A stretch of 34,042 nucleotides of DNA from Dicyema japonicum (GCA_011109175.1 RDEW01000012.1:717932-751973); one strand, 5' to 3'; shown: positions 1 through 12,106, numbered from the stretch's first letter. Numbers and translations are program-made. Notes: generated by a model not told the origin, from the letters alone.

Positions 1-94
1 TTGTTCGTGATATTTAGCTCTACAAGTTGGCTCTAACTACAATTTTTCTGTCTGAAAGTATATATTGGGTCTTTATTTCGCCTTCTTCGTGTTT

Positions 95-1060
95 TCAATG
101 TATTTTTTTCCCAGTCAGGTGCTTTTTTACACAAAGTTTTGCAATGACGATCCTGTGGTCGCTGTCGGTTGTTGTTCCCTGGTAGGAACGTGCATCATTT
201 ATCATGTGTTTATCAGACTTTCGGCAGATAATGTAGTCGATTTGATTATATATATTCACGGCCTCTCCGACAGAGTTTTTTCTTTGTCCGTGCCACGTCG
301 TCTTGTGGCAAGCTGAGTGCGTAAAGGCCGTGTTGCTATTAGCCTCGCAGAAGTTTACCAGAGAGGCTCCAGATGCATTTCTCCTTCCGCGCCCGTGTCT
401 TCCAATAGAGGATTTTTCGGGCCCCATTCGCATTCCGGCCTTTGCATTCATATCTCCCGCAACAAAGACAAGAGACGAGGAAGCATTGTTAGAGTATGTG
501 CTTGATAGTTCTGAGTAGAATTCCTCGAGTTCACCGGGGTTCTTGATTACTCGTCCACAGTGTGGTGAATAGACATTTATGACGGTTAGTAGACTCTTGG
601 ACGGGCATAGTTCATTTAGTTTGACTTGTAGGACACATATTCGGTCGTTGACACTCCAATAGCGATGTAATTTTTTGAGGTAATTCACGTGTAGGGCAAA
701 TCCCATGCCGTAGTGCTTGCATTCAGTTGGGAAGAGAATCAGTCGGTAGTGGTTCCATGTCTCATCATATTCGGTCGTTGACTCTCCAATAGCGATGTAA
801 TTTTTTGAGGTAATCCACGTGTAGGGCAAATCCCATGCCGTAGTGCTTGCATTCAGTTGGGAAGAGAATCAGTGGTAGTGGTTCCATGTCTCATCGAATC
901 CATTTTCGATTTTCTTCTCTTGTAGACAGCCAATAGATATTTTGTATTTCTCAAGATCGTCACAAAGTACTTTCCTTGTCAAATCTTTCGATATTCCTCG
1001 TACGTTGAACGTCAATAGCCTGAGTTCTCGATTGTATGATGAGTGTTTTTCAGACATTTT
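95..1060 (-). mobile_element. APE endonuclease region of an RTE-like non-LTR retrotransposon (degraded)
   Basis: ORFs 869-1093 and 95-829 together give LLTFNVRG, CLQE, YGMGFA, INVYSP, VAGDMNAKAG, NQIDYI and DSDHRIV, the standard APE/EEP motif series. Interrupted by a ~130 bp tandem duplication. Confidence 0.85.
636..896. repeat. ~130 bp direct tandem duplication (2 copies)
   Basis: catattcggtcgttg...ccatgtctcatc occurs twice back to back, differing by 2 substitutions and a 1-nt indel. Confidence 0.95.
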
Positions 1061-1089
1061 TCTTAACTGTTGTACAGAGAATAAACAAG

Positions 1090-2520
1090 GCATGTCACCA
1101 CCTCACCAAAAAAAGGAAGTATATAGGTCGAAATTTGTTTCATCAATATATTTGAACATAATGGAGTGTAGTGTTCTGCAATAAATTATTTTTAATAAAT
1201 ATTTTTTCTGAGTGTCCTTGAGGGACTTAATATCCATGCTTTCCCTATCAGCAATTGCATATTTAGAGGCAAGAAATCTTCGATTGTAGCTAAGTGCCAT
1301 TTTTTTGTTTTTATTACTTGCAGAATCCCCGACCTTCGCAAACACACAGTCGAATGTTTTTCCAAACTTTAAAGGAACTGGAAAAGTATTAATTCGCTCT
1401 TTAATGAAATCGAGGTAATTCCTCTTCCAAAAGTCTTCCTGTCCAAATACAGCCTCTCTTTATTGCAACTTGAGTGACGTAAGCAGTTGCCGTATTTGTT
1501 GGTCAATATCATCAAATTCATAAGGTTAATATTAATTAATCCTATATAATAGTTAGGGACATTGCGTATTCATTTATTGCACAAATAAGTTAACAAAATT
1601 TAAATTTGTTTTTGAAAGCATGGTTATTCTCTTCTTAACATTTTCAAGTATGGACTCCATTACTTTGCTTTTAAGAACATTTCTTCCCTCGTCTTCAAAA
1701 ACACCCAAATATCGATATTTACTGACTCCTTCCAGATTCTCACAAAATGATAACGATTTTACATTAGAAAATGACATTTCCGAATTCATTTCCAAGCCGG
1801 CAACATGAAAAAAACGCGAACAACTTTCATCATTTTAATAATAATATCTTCTTTTTGCTCAAATATCTTTACGGCATCAATGAATAACAAATGATTTGTG
1901 GAATAAGTCAGTGTATTAGGATTCTCCTGATTAATTTGGAGTTTTGGGAACATAGAGTTAAGGGTCCTGCTCAAGGTTTCCATTACCATAACAAATAGTT
2001 GAGAAGATAATGAATCTCCTTGCAGAATTCCACGTCCCAGTTTTTACAGAAACAATTCTTCTTCTATTTAAGTGGAGATTTACAGTCCACTTCTTGACTA
2101 TTGTCTTTACATAGTTAACAATCCAACGGGGATTTTCTGAACAGTCCAATACATGAAATAAAAATTCATGGTCAACAGAATCAAAGTCCTTCTTACATCA
2201 ACCCAGACAGAATAAAGGGCGTTTCCATACTCCTTATTTAAGCATTGATTAATAAGGGCCTGTTCCTTAGCGCCCTGACAATGTTTCCACGTTCCCAGCT
2301 GACTGTCAGATTATAGCCCAAACGAATCCACAAAATCTGAGAGTTTGGAATTAACACATTTGGTAATAAGTTTATATAATGTTGGCATACATGTTGTAGG
2401 ACGTAAGTCTTTAGGAGTCTCACAATCATCCTTTTTAGGAATTAAATAGGTTATTCCAGAATAAAACCAACTTTCAGACATATATGCCACACATTCTCCC
2501 CCTACAACATACATTATAGT
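1090..2520 (-). mobile_element. Reverse transcriptase remnant of an R4/Dong-like RLE non-LTR retrotransposon
   Basis: Frameshifted pieces read TYLIPKK..PKDLRPTTCMPTLYKLITKC, QLGTWKHCQGAKEQALIN..LNKEY, WVDV..FDSVDH, LFVMVMETLSR, TNHLLFID and YRYLGVFED. Several stops and frameshifts. Confidence 0.85.
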
Positions 2521-3309
2521 GCCGTTGGAGCCTGTTCTGCTACCGAGAAGGTTGAGAGGTCAAAACGGGCAATTATGAAATCATAAAAAACATGAAAAAA
2601 ATCCCCTAAATGAGGCTTGTAAAAACAATTTTCGTATGCGAAATAATTTGCGTGCAGTTTTCATTGAAAAAAGTAAATGCGCTATGTAATACATTTGTAG
2701 CATCTTCCTTCAAGTAAGATCAAAACTTTTCATTTTGTATATTGTAATCACTGATATAATTGTTGTTAATAATTATATTTATTGATTAGATTTTAACAGA
2801 TGCTTGGTTGTAAGGTTCTCGTTATTCTAATAAAAATGACTTGGGAAGAATTGCAACAAAGTACTACAAGGGTTATCTAAAGCAGTTAGAGGTAGATATG
2901 AAACTCCAGGCCTATCTACAGTTCAAAGTATTAAAGCGGACCCTAGATAGCCAGACATTGTAGTGTAGGAGACAGAGCCTCGAGATGCCACATGGACAGA
3001 GGGCTCAATTGGAGAAAGCGCTCTTGGAGCTGTTTCAACAACCTAAATCGAATCTCCCTGAGGAAGCTGGTGAACAGGCAGGAAGCTGAGAAGGTTGTTG
3101 TTAGTAAATATTAACTTTTTTGATGGTTAAATAAAGCTGAGTTAAATTAGATTTTATTTTTTATTGAAAGACAATTATTAGATTTTAGTAAAAAATTAAT
3201 GACCTTTTATTCGATATTAAATGTATAATCGAATTAAATGTTAATGATTTTTAATTCTATAATTAGCATGTCTAAGCTTTAAAATCTCAAGTTTATTCAA
3301 AATTTATAA

Positions 3310-4122
3310 TAAAAATTGTTAGTGATCTGAAGGTTGAAGTAGTCAAATACTTGATTGCACGCTGTGTCGTCATTTCATAATAATAAAAATATTGAAATTA
3401 TCTTATCGATCGATTTTATAATGTTGGAATCTGATAGTCAATTACACGCTATGGGATTAACCACATCGATGAATTAGTAAGCTTATCAATTTTCCAATAT
3501 GAACACTATAAACCGCTACTATAAAATGAGTTTGTCGCTACCCTGTGCACAATATCGAAATCTGTCGTTTTATATGGTCATAATGATTTACGTTTGGTAA
3601 TCTAGCATAATTCATAACTAGGAAATACAAAGTCCACAAAAAATAGTTGTTGATGGTTAAATAGCTAATTTCAATCTTAGAAGTCGAAATCTGAATAAAT
3701 CTGTTGGACTTTGTGGGAGTGACGTTGCAAGCTGGACTTAATAACTTGATAAATCTGCGACCTCTTCGACAGGGACACGAACCACCTGGAATTGTATAAG
3801 AAGTCAGGTCAAATGTTACAAATTTAAGACCAGGTCTTACAGTGGATAATCAAGTAGGAGACAGAGTTGCAGTTGAGCCTCTTATAAGATGTAATGATTG
3901 TAAATTTTGCAAAGAAGGAAAATCAAACAATTACGAAAATCTCAATTATTTGGGAGATGTCGATCAAGATGGAGCTTTTCAGAGTATCACACGCAGAAAG
4001 CTTCTTGTTGCTTAAGAGTCTTAGCCTTTTCCGAAGAAATTATGAGTGAGTTTTCTTATTGCAAGGTTGGATGTAGAGAGGCCATACACGTTATTATTTT
4101 TTGCACCTTGGCTATGTCATAG
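3310..4122 (+). pseudogene. SORD: Sorbitol dehydrogenase-like (Zn-dependent MDR) pseudogene
   Basis: Fragments DLKVE, SVGLCGSD, GHEPPGIV*EV and NLRP|GDRVAVEPLIRCNDCKFCKEG, with a 24-nt intron at 3834-3857. Multiple stops and frameshifts; the C-terminal domain is absent. Confidence 0.75.
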
Positions 4123-4149
4123 GACTTGACAACGCATGTGCAACACGAG

Positions 4150-4420
4150 TTAAAAAATCTTCCTCATATTCAATGATGAAGTGTTTAACCAGTCAAGATC
4201 CTCTTCATTTCCAGGATGCCGTCCCATTTCTTTAATGTCTTCGTCGAGAACGACTGGCAGTGTCGTCCTTCGGCGACCACGGAAAAGGGGGGCTTCCAAT
4301 TGAAGTAATCCTCCATGGCGACATTCGCGAGGGCATCTAGCTCCAGTTTGAAATATATCCGAAAAGCCTCCATCGTGTATCAAGAATTTCATTTGAAATT
4401 TCAGGCCATACACATTTATA
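4150..4420 (-). mobile_element. 3' end of the RT ORF of an RTE-like retrotransposon
   Basis: Across frames: RWRLFGYI...ANVAMEDYF...FRGRRRTTLPVVLDEDIKE..DLDWL, resembling the RW.LFGH...RGRP C-terminus of RTE elements. Confidence 0.6.
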
Positions 4421-4459
4421 TATTAAATAGTATAATTCATGCGCAATTATAAAAATATT

Positions 4460-5230
4460 ATATCTAAAATTTTAGATAATTGTTGAACAATATTATGAAA
4501 TTTTAGATAATTGTTAAACAATATTATAAAATCGTTTTTCTTCCAGAATATTTCTGTCTACCGTGGGCTATTCCTGTCCATTCGGCTCTTTTGGATTCGC
4601 TGATTAACTTACTAACTGTTTGGGATCCACTGTCAACAGAGGACACTGGTGATCTATCCGTTTGCATTCTAATATCCGAGATCGTATTCTTAGGCGTGAT
4701 TGGATTCCATCCTGTTTAAGTTGGTTTGGCCAAATCTTTATTGTCTCCGATCTTCCTGGCAACATTTCTTCCTTTATCAACCCTTTCATTGCGAGGTTTA
4801 CTTTGAGATAAGAATTTATTTATCATGAGTTTATTAGCTGCTTAAATAAGAGCGACCTGCGTAGTTAGCCATGTGGTTAGTTGATCCACAATATATGCAA
4901 TTTTTACCGTTCTTTAAGTCATGTTGACTATCCGACCTTGTGTAATTTCCTGAGCAAATCAAACATCTTTTTACATTTTTGCAGATACGCGCAATATGAG
5001 CATTGGATTTCAGGTTTTTTAAACCATTCAGCTGTGACTTGTGCGAAACCAGTTTTAAAACCAAGTCTAATAAAGACTGAGTTTCTCCACGGATTTCTAT
5101 TATTAGTTTTGCCATAGGTAATCTTACGCCACGATTTCAAATCTTTTGATAGAGAACTCAGAAAATATAATAGTAGCAAGGTAATCAATGATCTCTTTAA
5201 GTTCTACCCACTTTAATAAATTTTTTAAAA
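4460..5230 (-). mobile_element. ORF1 (gag-like, Cys/His knuckles) remnant of a Jockey/I-like LINE
   Basis: AHIARICKNVKRCLICSGNYT...KNCIYCGSTNHMANYAG matches degenerate triple zinc knuckles. A second copy lies at 8947-9586. Confidence 0.7.
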
Positions 5231-5239
5231 TAATTTCCG

Positions 5240-5873
5240 AAGGTGGCTCAAGGCAGAGCCATGTTGAACTCTTCTCTTCAATATGATATCTTTTGACATA
5301 TTTGCCCAACACGTACTCGGGAAGTCCGTCCTGTTAGGAAGTCCTTTATCCATATGAAAAGTTACTTTTGAATATCAGCAGCTGCTAGCCAGTATAGGAA
5401 GGCTTCATGCCACACGATATCAAAAGCCTTGGAAAGATCCAAACGTAACAGGTTGATTTGTCTCTTGAATTTCAGACCTCCCAATACCGCCAAATGCATC
5501 TGGTAGATTCAATCCGCCCAGGATTTAACCAGGTCTGAAACCACACTGTTCTGCGAGGCGGAAACCACTATCTTCTATGCTCGTTTAGCCTCTTGAAAAT
5601 AATTCGCTCAACAATCTTGGAAATAGAGCAAACGAGGTTGATCTGCCTATAGCTGACAGGGTCCCTCCTCGACTTTCCCGGTTTCAAGATCATTCTGACT
5701 ATGGGGTTTTCCAGCGTTAAAAGGACATTGCCATAATCTATGCTCACGTTGAATAAATTCTTCAGTGCGAGCAACAAATCCTCTAGGTCTTCCTTGAACA
5801 ACATCATGCTATTTTGGTCATGTCTAGGGGCGTTAGCTTTGCATGTCTTGACGTCCTCTGTCGTAGTCCTCAT
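5240..5873 (-). mobile_element. RT fragment of a Jockey/I/CR1-group LINE
   Basis: ILKPGK..DPVSYRQINLVCSISKIVERII, LDLSKAFDIVWHE, WIKDFLTGRTSRVRVG and a degenerate VQHGSALS (GVPQGS-like) motif. Confidence 0.75.
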
Positions 5874-6079
5874 TTCAGTATCTTCAAAAATTATTGAGAA
5901 ACTTGTATTTTCTGTAATTATTCCTCTGTCGTAATCCTCATTTCAGTATCTTAAAAAAATATGGAGAAACTCAGTTATTATTCATTACTCCGTATCTTCT
6001 ACGTCCTATATTTTTACATGGTTTCCTCCGCGGTCGATCCACGCTACATACTTGGCTACCATCGCAGTTCATTGGCAAC

Positions 6080-7130
6080 GGTTTTAAAACCCATTCCCAG
6101 CCTCACAAAAGCACAATCATGGTTTCTTTTGACAACAAAAACTTTGACATTGTTTCAAAAAAATCCCTGGTTGGAAAAATATTTCCTACTAATATTCGTC
6201 CGAATATGAATTTATGGCTGGCCAACATTTTGTCTGGAAAACGTGGAAAAGTAATTAGTCGTGATCTCAGATCTAGATCACGATTACTACCGAACGGGGT
6301 ACCCCATTTGTCTTCACTTTCATCAATTTTATTCAACTTATTCCTATACGACCTACCTAATGATGGAGACGAAGATTCCCTGTAATTATCCTGGCAGACG
6401 ATGGAGTCATTGCAAAACGGAACCGTCGACGCAAGTAACATCCTTAAAGACTCAGGCAAAATTGAGCATTCTCACGATTGGATCGTTGGCAATCGACTTA
6501 CGATTTCTGCAACCAAGTCTATTTGTACCATTTTCACTTCGGTACATCGTTCTAAGTAAGAATTGAGCATCTTTTTTGGTGCCACTCAGATTCCAGTCAC
6601 AAGGTCCCCCACTGTCCTTGGAGTCAAGTGACAGTCTACTCAATTTTTAACTCTCAAGCGAAAGACATGATCACCAGGGGCCTCCAGAAAATTAACGTTT
6701 TACCCACCCTTGTCTGAGTACCCCGAGGAATATGGACTTTTCTTTTTTACCTTCTACCAACTAACAATCGCGCCAGCCATTGAGTATGCCTTCGTTGCAT
6801 GAAGATTTGGGCTATCGGTGATTATATTCTATTGAATCAACTCTGTACACCAGAAAACCTATAAGTATGCTTTGGTCACGTAATGGATCAACAGTCGACC
6901 CACTTGTCAAGGAAGCTACGACCGGTTGTCTTGGTTTTGGATTTCTTCGCGTTTGTGAGGAAATGGAAACCCGCTTTGGATATAATTTCCATTGCAAGAG
7001 AAAACGGATTGGATAGGAAATTCCCCTCCACGATTGGATTTCTATGCAAGATTGAGAAAAGGATCTTCGGAAAGTAGAGGGGACAATGAAAGATCACAGA
7101 CGTCGAATGGCACAATTGATTTCGGGGACT
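6080..7130 (+). mobile_element. RT and 3' region of a second Jockey/I-like LINE in opposite orientation
   Basis: SFDNKNFDIVSKKSL, WLANILSGKRGKV, NGVPHLSSLSSILFNLFLYDLP, a degenerate (Y)ADD, LTISATKS, PTVLGV and IAPAIEYA. A related 3' piece lies at 30150-30590. Confidence 0.7.
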
Positions 7131-7569
7131 GGGATCACCTAACTGTTTGACTCTTTTGTCTTTCTTTCTCGGTGTTCCGGGGGTTCTTAAAATAATTAAA
7201 TATAAATTTCATCATAAGTTCCATCAATTACATTATGATCTAACAATAAACTAAATTATACTTGAAAATAATTTGAATGTAAAATTAATATAAAAATTAA
7301 AGCCAGCATTAACAAATTATACAAACATTCATTATATAAAACAAGCACCAGAATAGGAAGTCATACCTAAATCGTTTACACGATTATTAATATATTTTTG
7401 TTGTTTTTGAGTTCTTAAATTGGATAGACAAGTTAATCAATTTGAGTCATGGTCGAGATGCTATTACGTTAAATGTCTAATTAATTTCATATTATGTCTC
7501 CCGGTGTAATAAATAAATGGATTTGTTTTTCTCTCACATGAGTCTATTGTTTATACAAATCATTGGGAA

Positions 7570-7730
7570 ACCACCTGTGTGGATAGCCTTTCTTCTTCCA
7601 ACCTTGTTATGACAGCGACTAACCCAGGGTCTGCTTCGGAGAAGGCTGAGACCCTAAAGATGAAAACATACGCATGTCTCGATGGACAATTCATTTTTAA
7701 TAGTAGCCGTGGAAACGTCTTTCATCGTGG
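7570..7730 (+). mobile_element. Small fragment of a CRE-clade RLE domain
   Basis: CVDSLSSSNLVMTATNPGSASEKAETLKMKTY is nearly identical to the RLE region at 24789-25106 on the minus strand. Confidence 0.75.
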
Positions 7731-8029
7731 AAATTTAAAGGAAGCATGTCATTGATTCTGCTAGACACAATCAGATCGCTCATTTCGAAGATGAAAATTG
7801 ATAAGGAGTTAAAAAATAAATGATAAATTCAAAATCATTATACCGCAAAATCGATTGTTACAATTAATATAAAAGGTTGCTCAATTTTGATATCATTGTC
7901 ATAAGCGATCTTAAAGAGAGACATTTTAAGGCCCTATGACTGCACACGTCTCGGCGACAACATATGAAATCTAGTCAGAGAGTGTTGTATTTTGTTATTT
8001 AAAGTTGTCGAATACTAGCAATGCCTCAT

Positions 8030-8340
8030 AAGCATTCAATCGGGAATCTTATAATATTGAATGCGAAAAGTGTATGCAGATGCCACATTGCGAATCAGAT
8101 GCAGATGCCACATTGAAAAAACAAGAAAAGGGCTTCTTGAAAAATGATAATTAATGAAATTATTGTGAACCTAATTGGGATTACGGAAAATAAAAAACAA
8201 AAAATAACAAGAAAATTAATAGCCGTTAAAGAAGAGAATATATTACATTGGTCTTATCCTATTTCGACGTTTAATCTTAACAAAATCGATGACTCCGATG
8301 ATTGCAAGTGTTTGAACAGTGAGTATAATTTCTATATTTA
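8030..8340 (-). pseudogene. 3' remnant (TM, tail and 3' flank) of a LAMP-like paralog
   Basis: Reads IILTVQTLAIIGVIDFVKIKRRNRIRPM*YILF, homologous to the tail of 9881-10920. Flank 8030-8230 matches 9590-9880. Confidence 0.55.
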
Positions 8341-8344
8341 AAAA

Positions 8345-9586
8345 ATTTTTGAATAATTATAATAAAAACTTCTAAATGTTCTGATTTCATTATTTCCAAT
8401 AAACATTTGCCGTCAGAATTAGTTTTCACACAACTATATAAAATATTTTTTGCATTGCAATCTATTACAAGGATTGGGTTCAATCTATTAGCGAAAAAAT
8501 ATTTTACAATTCTTGAATAAATCCTTAATCTTTTAGAGTAATTTCCACCAAGTGAATCCAACCAATGAAAGTGTACAAATCTATGCATAATATTTCGCAG
8601 ACATTCTCTTCTATAATTCTTGGCAATCACGTTTTAATACTCTTTATGTAGAAAATAGAGGTTCCTGTCAGCTATGGCACCGGGACGCCATGGAATATCA
8701 ATCGAATTATAACCCGGGATATTAATAATTCCAGGTTTTTTCATCTTCGTTTCATTAATAATTTATACATTCATCTCAACAGCGCTGGTAAGGGATACCA
8801 GCTCCGCAGCTCTCTTTCTAAGAGTCGGGAAATAACCAGGGTAATCCTGGTTATATCTGATTTATTTGGTGGCTGTCCTCTATTCTTAAGAGCGCCACCA
8901 GGCCAAGTAAAAACTTGGCATACTTTTTCGTTCTTGTCATGTTTTTGATATTTTTAGATAATTGTTCAACAATATTATGAAAACGTTCTTCTTTTAGAAT
9001 ATTTCTGTCTACCGTGGTCTTTTCCTGTTCATTCGGATCTTTTGGATTCGCTGATTAACTTACTAACTGTTTGGGATCCACTGTCAACAGAAAACACTGG
9101 TGATCCATCCGTCTGCATTCCAATATCCGAGATAGTATTCTTAGTCGTGATCGTATTCCATCCTGTTTGAGTTGGTTTGGCCAAATCTTTATTGTCTCAG
9201 ATCTTCCTGACAACATTACTTCCTTTATCAACACTTTCATTGCGAGGTTTACTTTGAGATAAGAATTTATTTATCTTGAGTTTATAAGCTGCATACACAA
9301 GAGCAACCTCTGTAGTTAGCCATGTGGTTAATTGATCCACAATTTATTCAATTTTTACCGTTCTTTAAGTCATGTTGACTATCCGACCTACTGTGGTTTT
9401 CTGAGCAAATCAAACATCTTTCTACGTTTTTGCAAAAACGCTCAACATGAGCATTGGACTTCAGGTTTTTTAAACCATTCAGCTGTGACTTCAGGCTTTT
9501 TAAACTAACCAATTTTAAAACCAAGTCAAATAAAGACTGAGTTTCTCCACGGATTTGTAAGATTAGTTTTGCCATAGGTAATCTTT
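8345..9586 (-). mobile_element. Jockey/I-like LINE fragment: ORF1 C-terminal half plus APE N-terminal part
   Basis: 8947-9586 duplicates the gag region at 4460-5135. Downstream reads KRAAEL..INETK..NIPGY and LVIDCNAK..NSDGKCLL..HLEV, matching APE motifs. Confidence 0.7.
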
Positions 9587-9880
9587 CTATGCCTCTTAAG
9601 CATTAAGCATTGAATCGGGAATCTTATAATTTTGAATGCGAAAAGTGTATGCAGATTTCACATTGAGAATCAGATTTTCCAGAGAGATTAGAATAACTGT
9701 GATCTTGTCTGTGAGTATCAATATTCAGGATATCTGAAAAAGAGTTAAATGTGCAGAATACCTTAACTACTTAAGTGAGAAAACAAGAAAAAGCTACTTG
9801 GAAGAAAATAATTAATGAAATTAGTATGTAGCGTGCTTGGGAGAATTTAAATAAAGAAAAAACGTGAAAATTAATAACAG

Positions 9881-10920
9881 TTAAAGAATAGGGACATATA
9901 CCATTTGTCTTATCATATTTCGGCGCTTAATAACAAATGCGACGACTCCGATGATTGTAAATGTTATAACAGTGAGTGTAAGTCCTATAATTATATACAT
10001 TTTTGAATGATTAGAAAGTGTATTTTTTCTAGGAGAATTTATTTCATAACACTTCGACTCTAAATTCGGAAAAAATCAAACCTTTTCCAATATAACTGAA
10101 TTTAGAATCATCCTGAAGAATTTGTACCTTAAATTGTGAAAATTCACCATATATGTTATCAGAAAATTTAGTGAGAGACAATTCGAATTTACAAGAATTT
10201 CCAACATCAATCAATTTGTAATTAGTAGGACTCCAATACCCATTATTGATTTTATCGATGATTAACTGAATTTTGGACATATAATATTTGTTTTGAGACA
10301 AAATAAATGTAAAATGTATTTCTAAATATCCCCTCTCAAGAGATAACTCAACACTATTTTTATCAAAATTAATCTTCGTTTTAAAACTCTCGAAAAAAGT
10401 TGAGAAATCATTAATCTAATATTAAAGTATACAATTTACAATTTCAACTTTGTTATTAAAAAAATTTGTGACTATTAAATGCCCACTTAATATAGCTTTC
10501 AGTCGATTTTTCGCAATAAAATACCAATATCGAATATTTGGATCGTTTGATGGATCACAGTCATGTGCTGAATAAAACTATCTCAAACCTTTTTCAATAA
10601 AATGTGAATATGAGTGATTATTGTAAAATTTTATTGCCAAAGAATATAATGTGAGAATACTACCATTCTCAAAAAATACGGATCTATTTCTGCATCTGTA
10701 ATAATCTCCATGTTTAATATTCGGAAAATATGTTGTATTTGTATAAATTTCATTATCTTTATGTGTTAACTATTAAATACTAGAATTTAATTTTATTTTT
10801 ATTGAGATGTTGTAAAATTCGTCTGAGAATTCAATAAAAAATTGGTAGATCAAGTTATTCATTTTGATTGTAAATGACAATACATCTTTAAAAATGGTGG
10901 AAATACGTACAATTGAATTA
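9881..10920 (-). CDS. Divergent LAMP-like type I membrane glycoprotein with two luminal domains; 5' end unresolved
   Basis: Introns at 10757-10780 (24 nt), 10568-10588 (21), 10416-10439 (24) and 10060-10081 (22) give a continuous frame. It contains GDYYRC..LTLYSLAIKF..AHDCD, then DVGNSCKF..FSQFKVQ..ESKC, a TM segment (YIIIGLTLTVITFTIIGVVAFVI), KRR and a tail ending YVPIL*. Confidence 0.65.
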
Positions 10921-11105
10921 TTGGGAGATAGAGCTAGTTAAATAGAGAATGTGGGAGATAGAGCTAGTTCAAATAATCTGTGGACTTTACTAAAGACCCT
11001 ACCATATCCATTAGAAAAGTTGTTGTAAGCAGAATTGCCTAAATAAGAAGGGTTCTCAGTATTCTTATAACCAGTAATGGTGTTACAATCAATCTGAGAG
11101 TCATC

Positions 11106-11535
11106 CTAGAGATCTTTGATGGTGGAGTAGCAGTCATCCTTCACCTTATTCTCCCCGTTGTCGATTAATCCTTTTTTCAAGAGATTTTCTGAAATAAAAC
11201 GATTCCATTAACTGCAGCACAGCGAGTAATTTTTACCTTTGTGGTGGAGGGACTCCATTTGTTTCTGGAAAATTGAAATTTTATCATCAACGCTGTCCAT
11301 CTTGCCATTCAAATAATAAATATAATCAATTGAGCCGTTTAAAACGTCGAAGCGGGAATTCTAGATTCATAATGCTTACAACCATCAATGTATTTTCAGG
11401 GACAATGCCTCGGAGATCATCGAAATAGGAATCGATTTCTCTTCTCCGATTTCTTTCACGTTCGTTATGGCGTTGTCTACGGCTCTCGTATTGGTCCTCC
11501 TCAAAGTTTTTCCAATCAAAATTGAATCCGTCCAT
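11106..11535 (-). CDS. MAX: MAX-like bHLH-leucine zipper transcription factor (~120 aa)
   Basis: Exons 11535-11380, 11360-11237 and 11188-11106; introns of 19 and 48 nt. Protein RRQRHNERERNRRREIDSYFDDLRGIVP..NSRFDVLNGSIDYIYYL..ENLLKK aligns to the Max HNALERKRR..SRAQILDKATEYI pattern. Exon 3 and the stop are less certain. Confidence 0.78.
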
Positions 11536-11742
11536 TCGAAAAATGCTAAATAATTAAATTTATAATTTTTTGACGATTTTATTTATTTATATTATAAATA
11601 AATTTATAAAATAAATAAAATTATATTTAATCTTTTCTAAATTATTCAAAAAAATAAATAAATAAAGTCATTCAAGAGTTTATGAGTAAAAAATATCAGT
11701 TTTTGGTAGACAAGAATATCCAAGCCACGGCAGAGTGAGACC

Positions 11743-12106
11743 NNNNNNNNNNNNNNNNNNNNNNNNNNNNNNNNNNNNNNNNNNNNNNNNNNNNNNNNNN
11801 NNNNNNNNNNNNNNNNNNNNNNNNNNNNNNNNNNNNNNNNNNNNNNNNNNNNNNNNNNNNNNNNNNNNNNNNNNNNNNNNNNNNNNNNNNNNNNNNNNNN
11901 NNNNNNNNNNNNNNNNNNNNNNNNNNNNNNNNNNNNNNNNNNNNNNNNNNNNNNNNNNNNNNNNNNNNNNNNNNNNNNNNNNNNNNNNNNNNNNNNNNNN
12001 NNNNNNNNNNNNNNNNNNNNNNNNNNNNNNNNNNNNNNNNNNNNNNNNNNNNNNNNNNNNNNNNNNNNNNNNNNNNNNNNNNNNNNNNNNNNNNNNNNNN
12101 NNNNNG
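11743..12106. other. Scaffold gap (364 N)
   Basis: Run of N. ORFs spanning it are artefacts. Confidence 1.

Noticed and set aside
2800-3100. GC-richer island with short open frames
   Set aside because: No recognisable motif in any frame.
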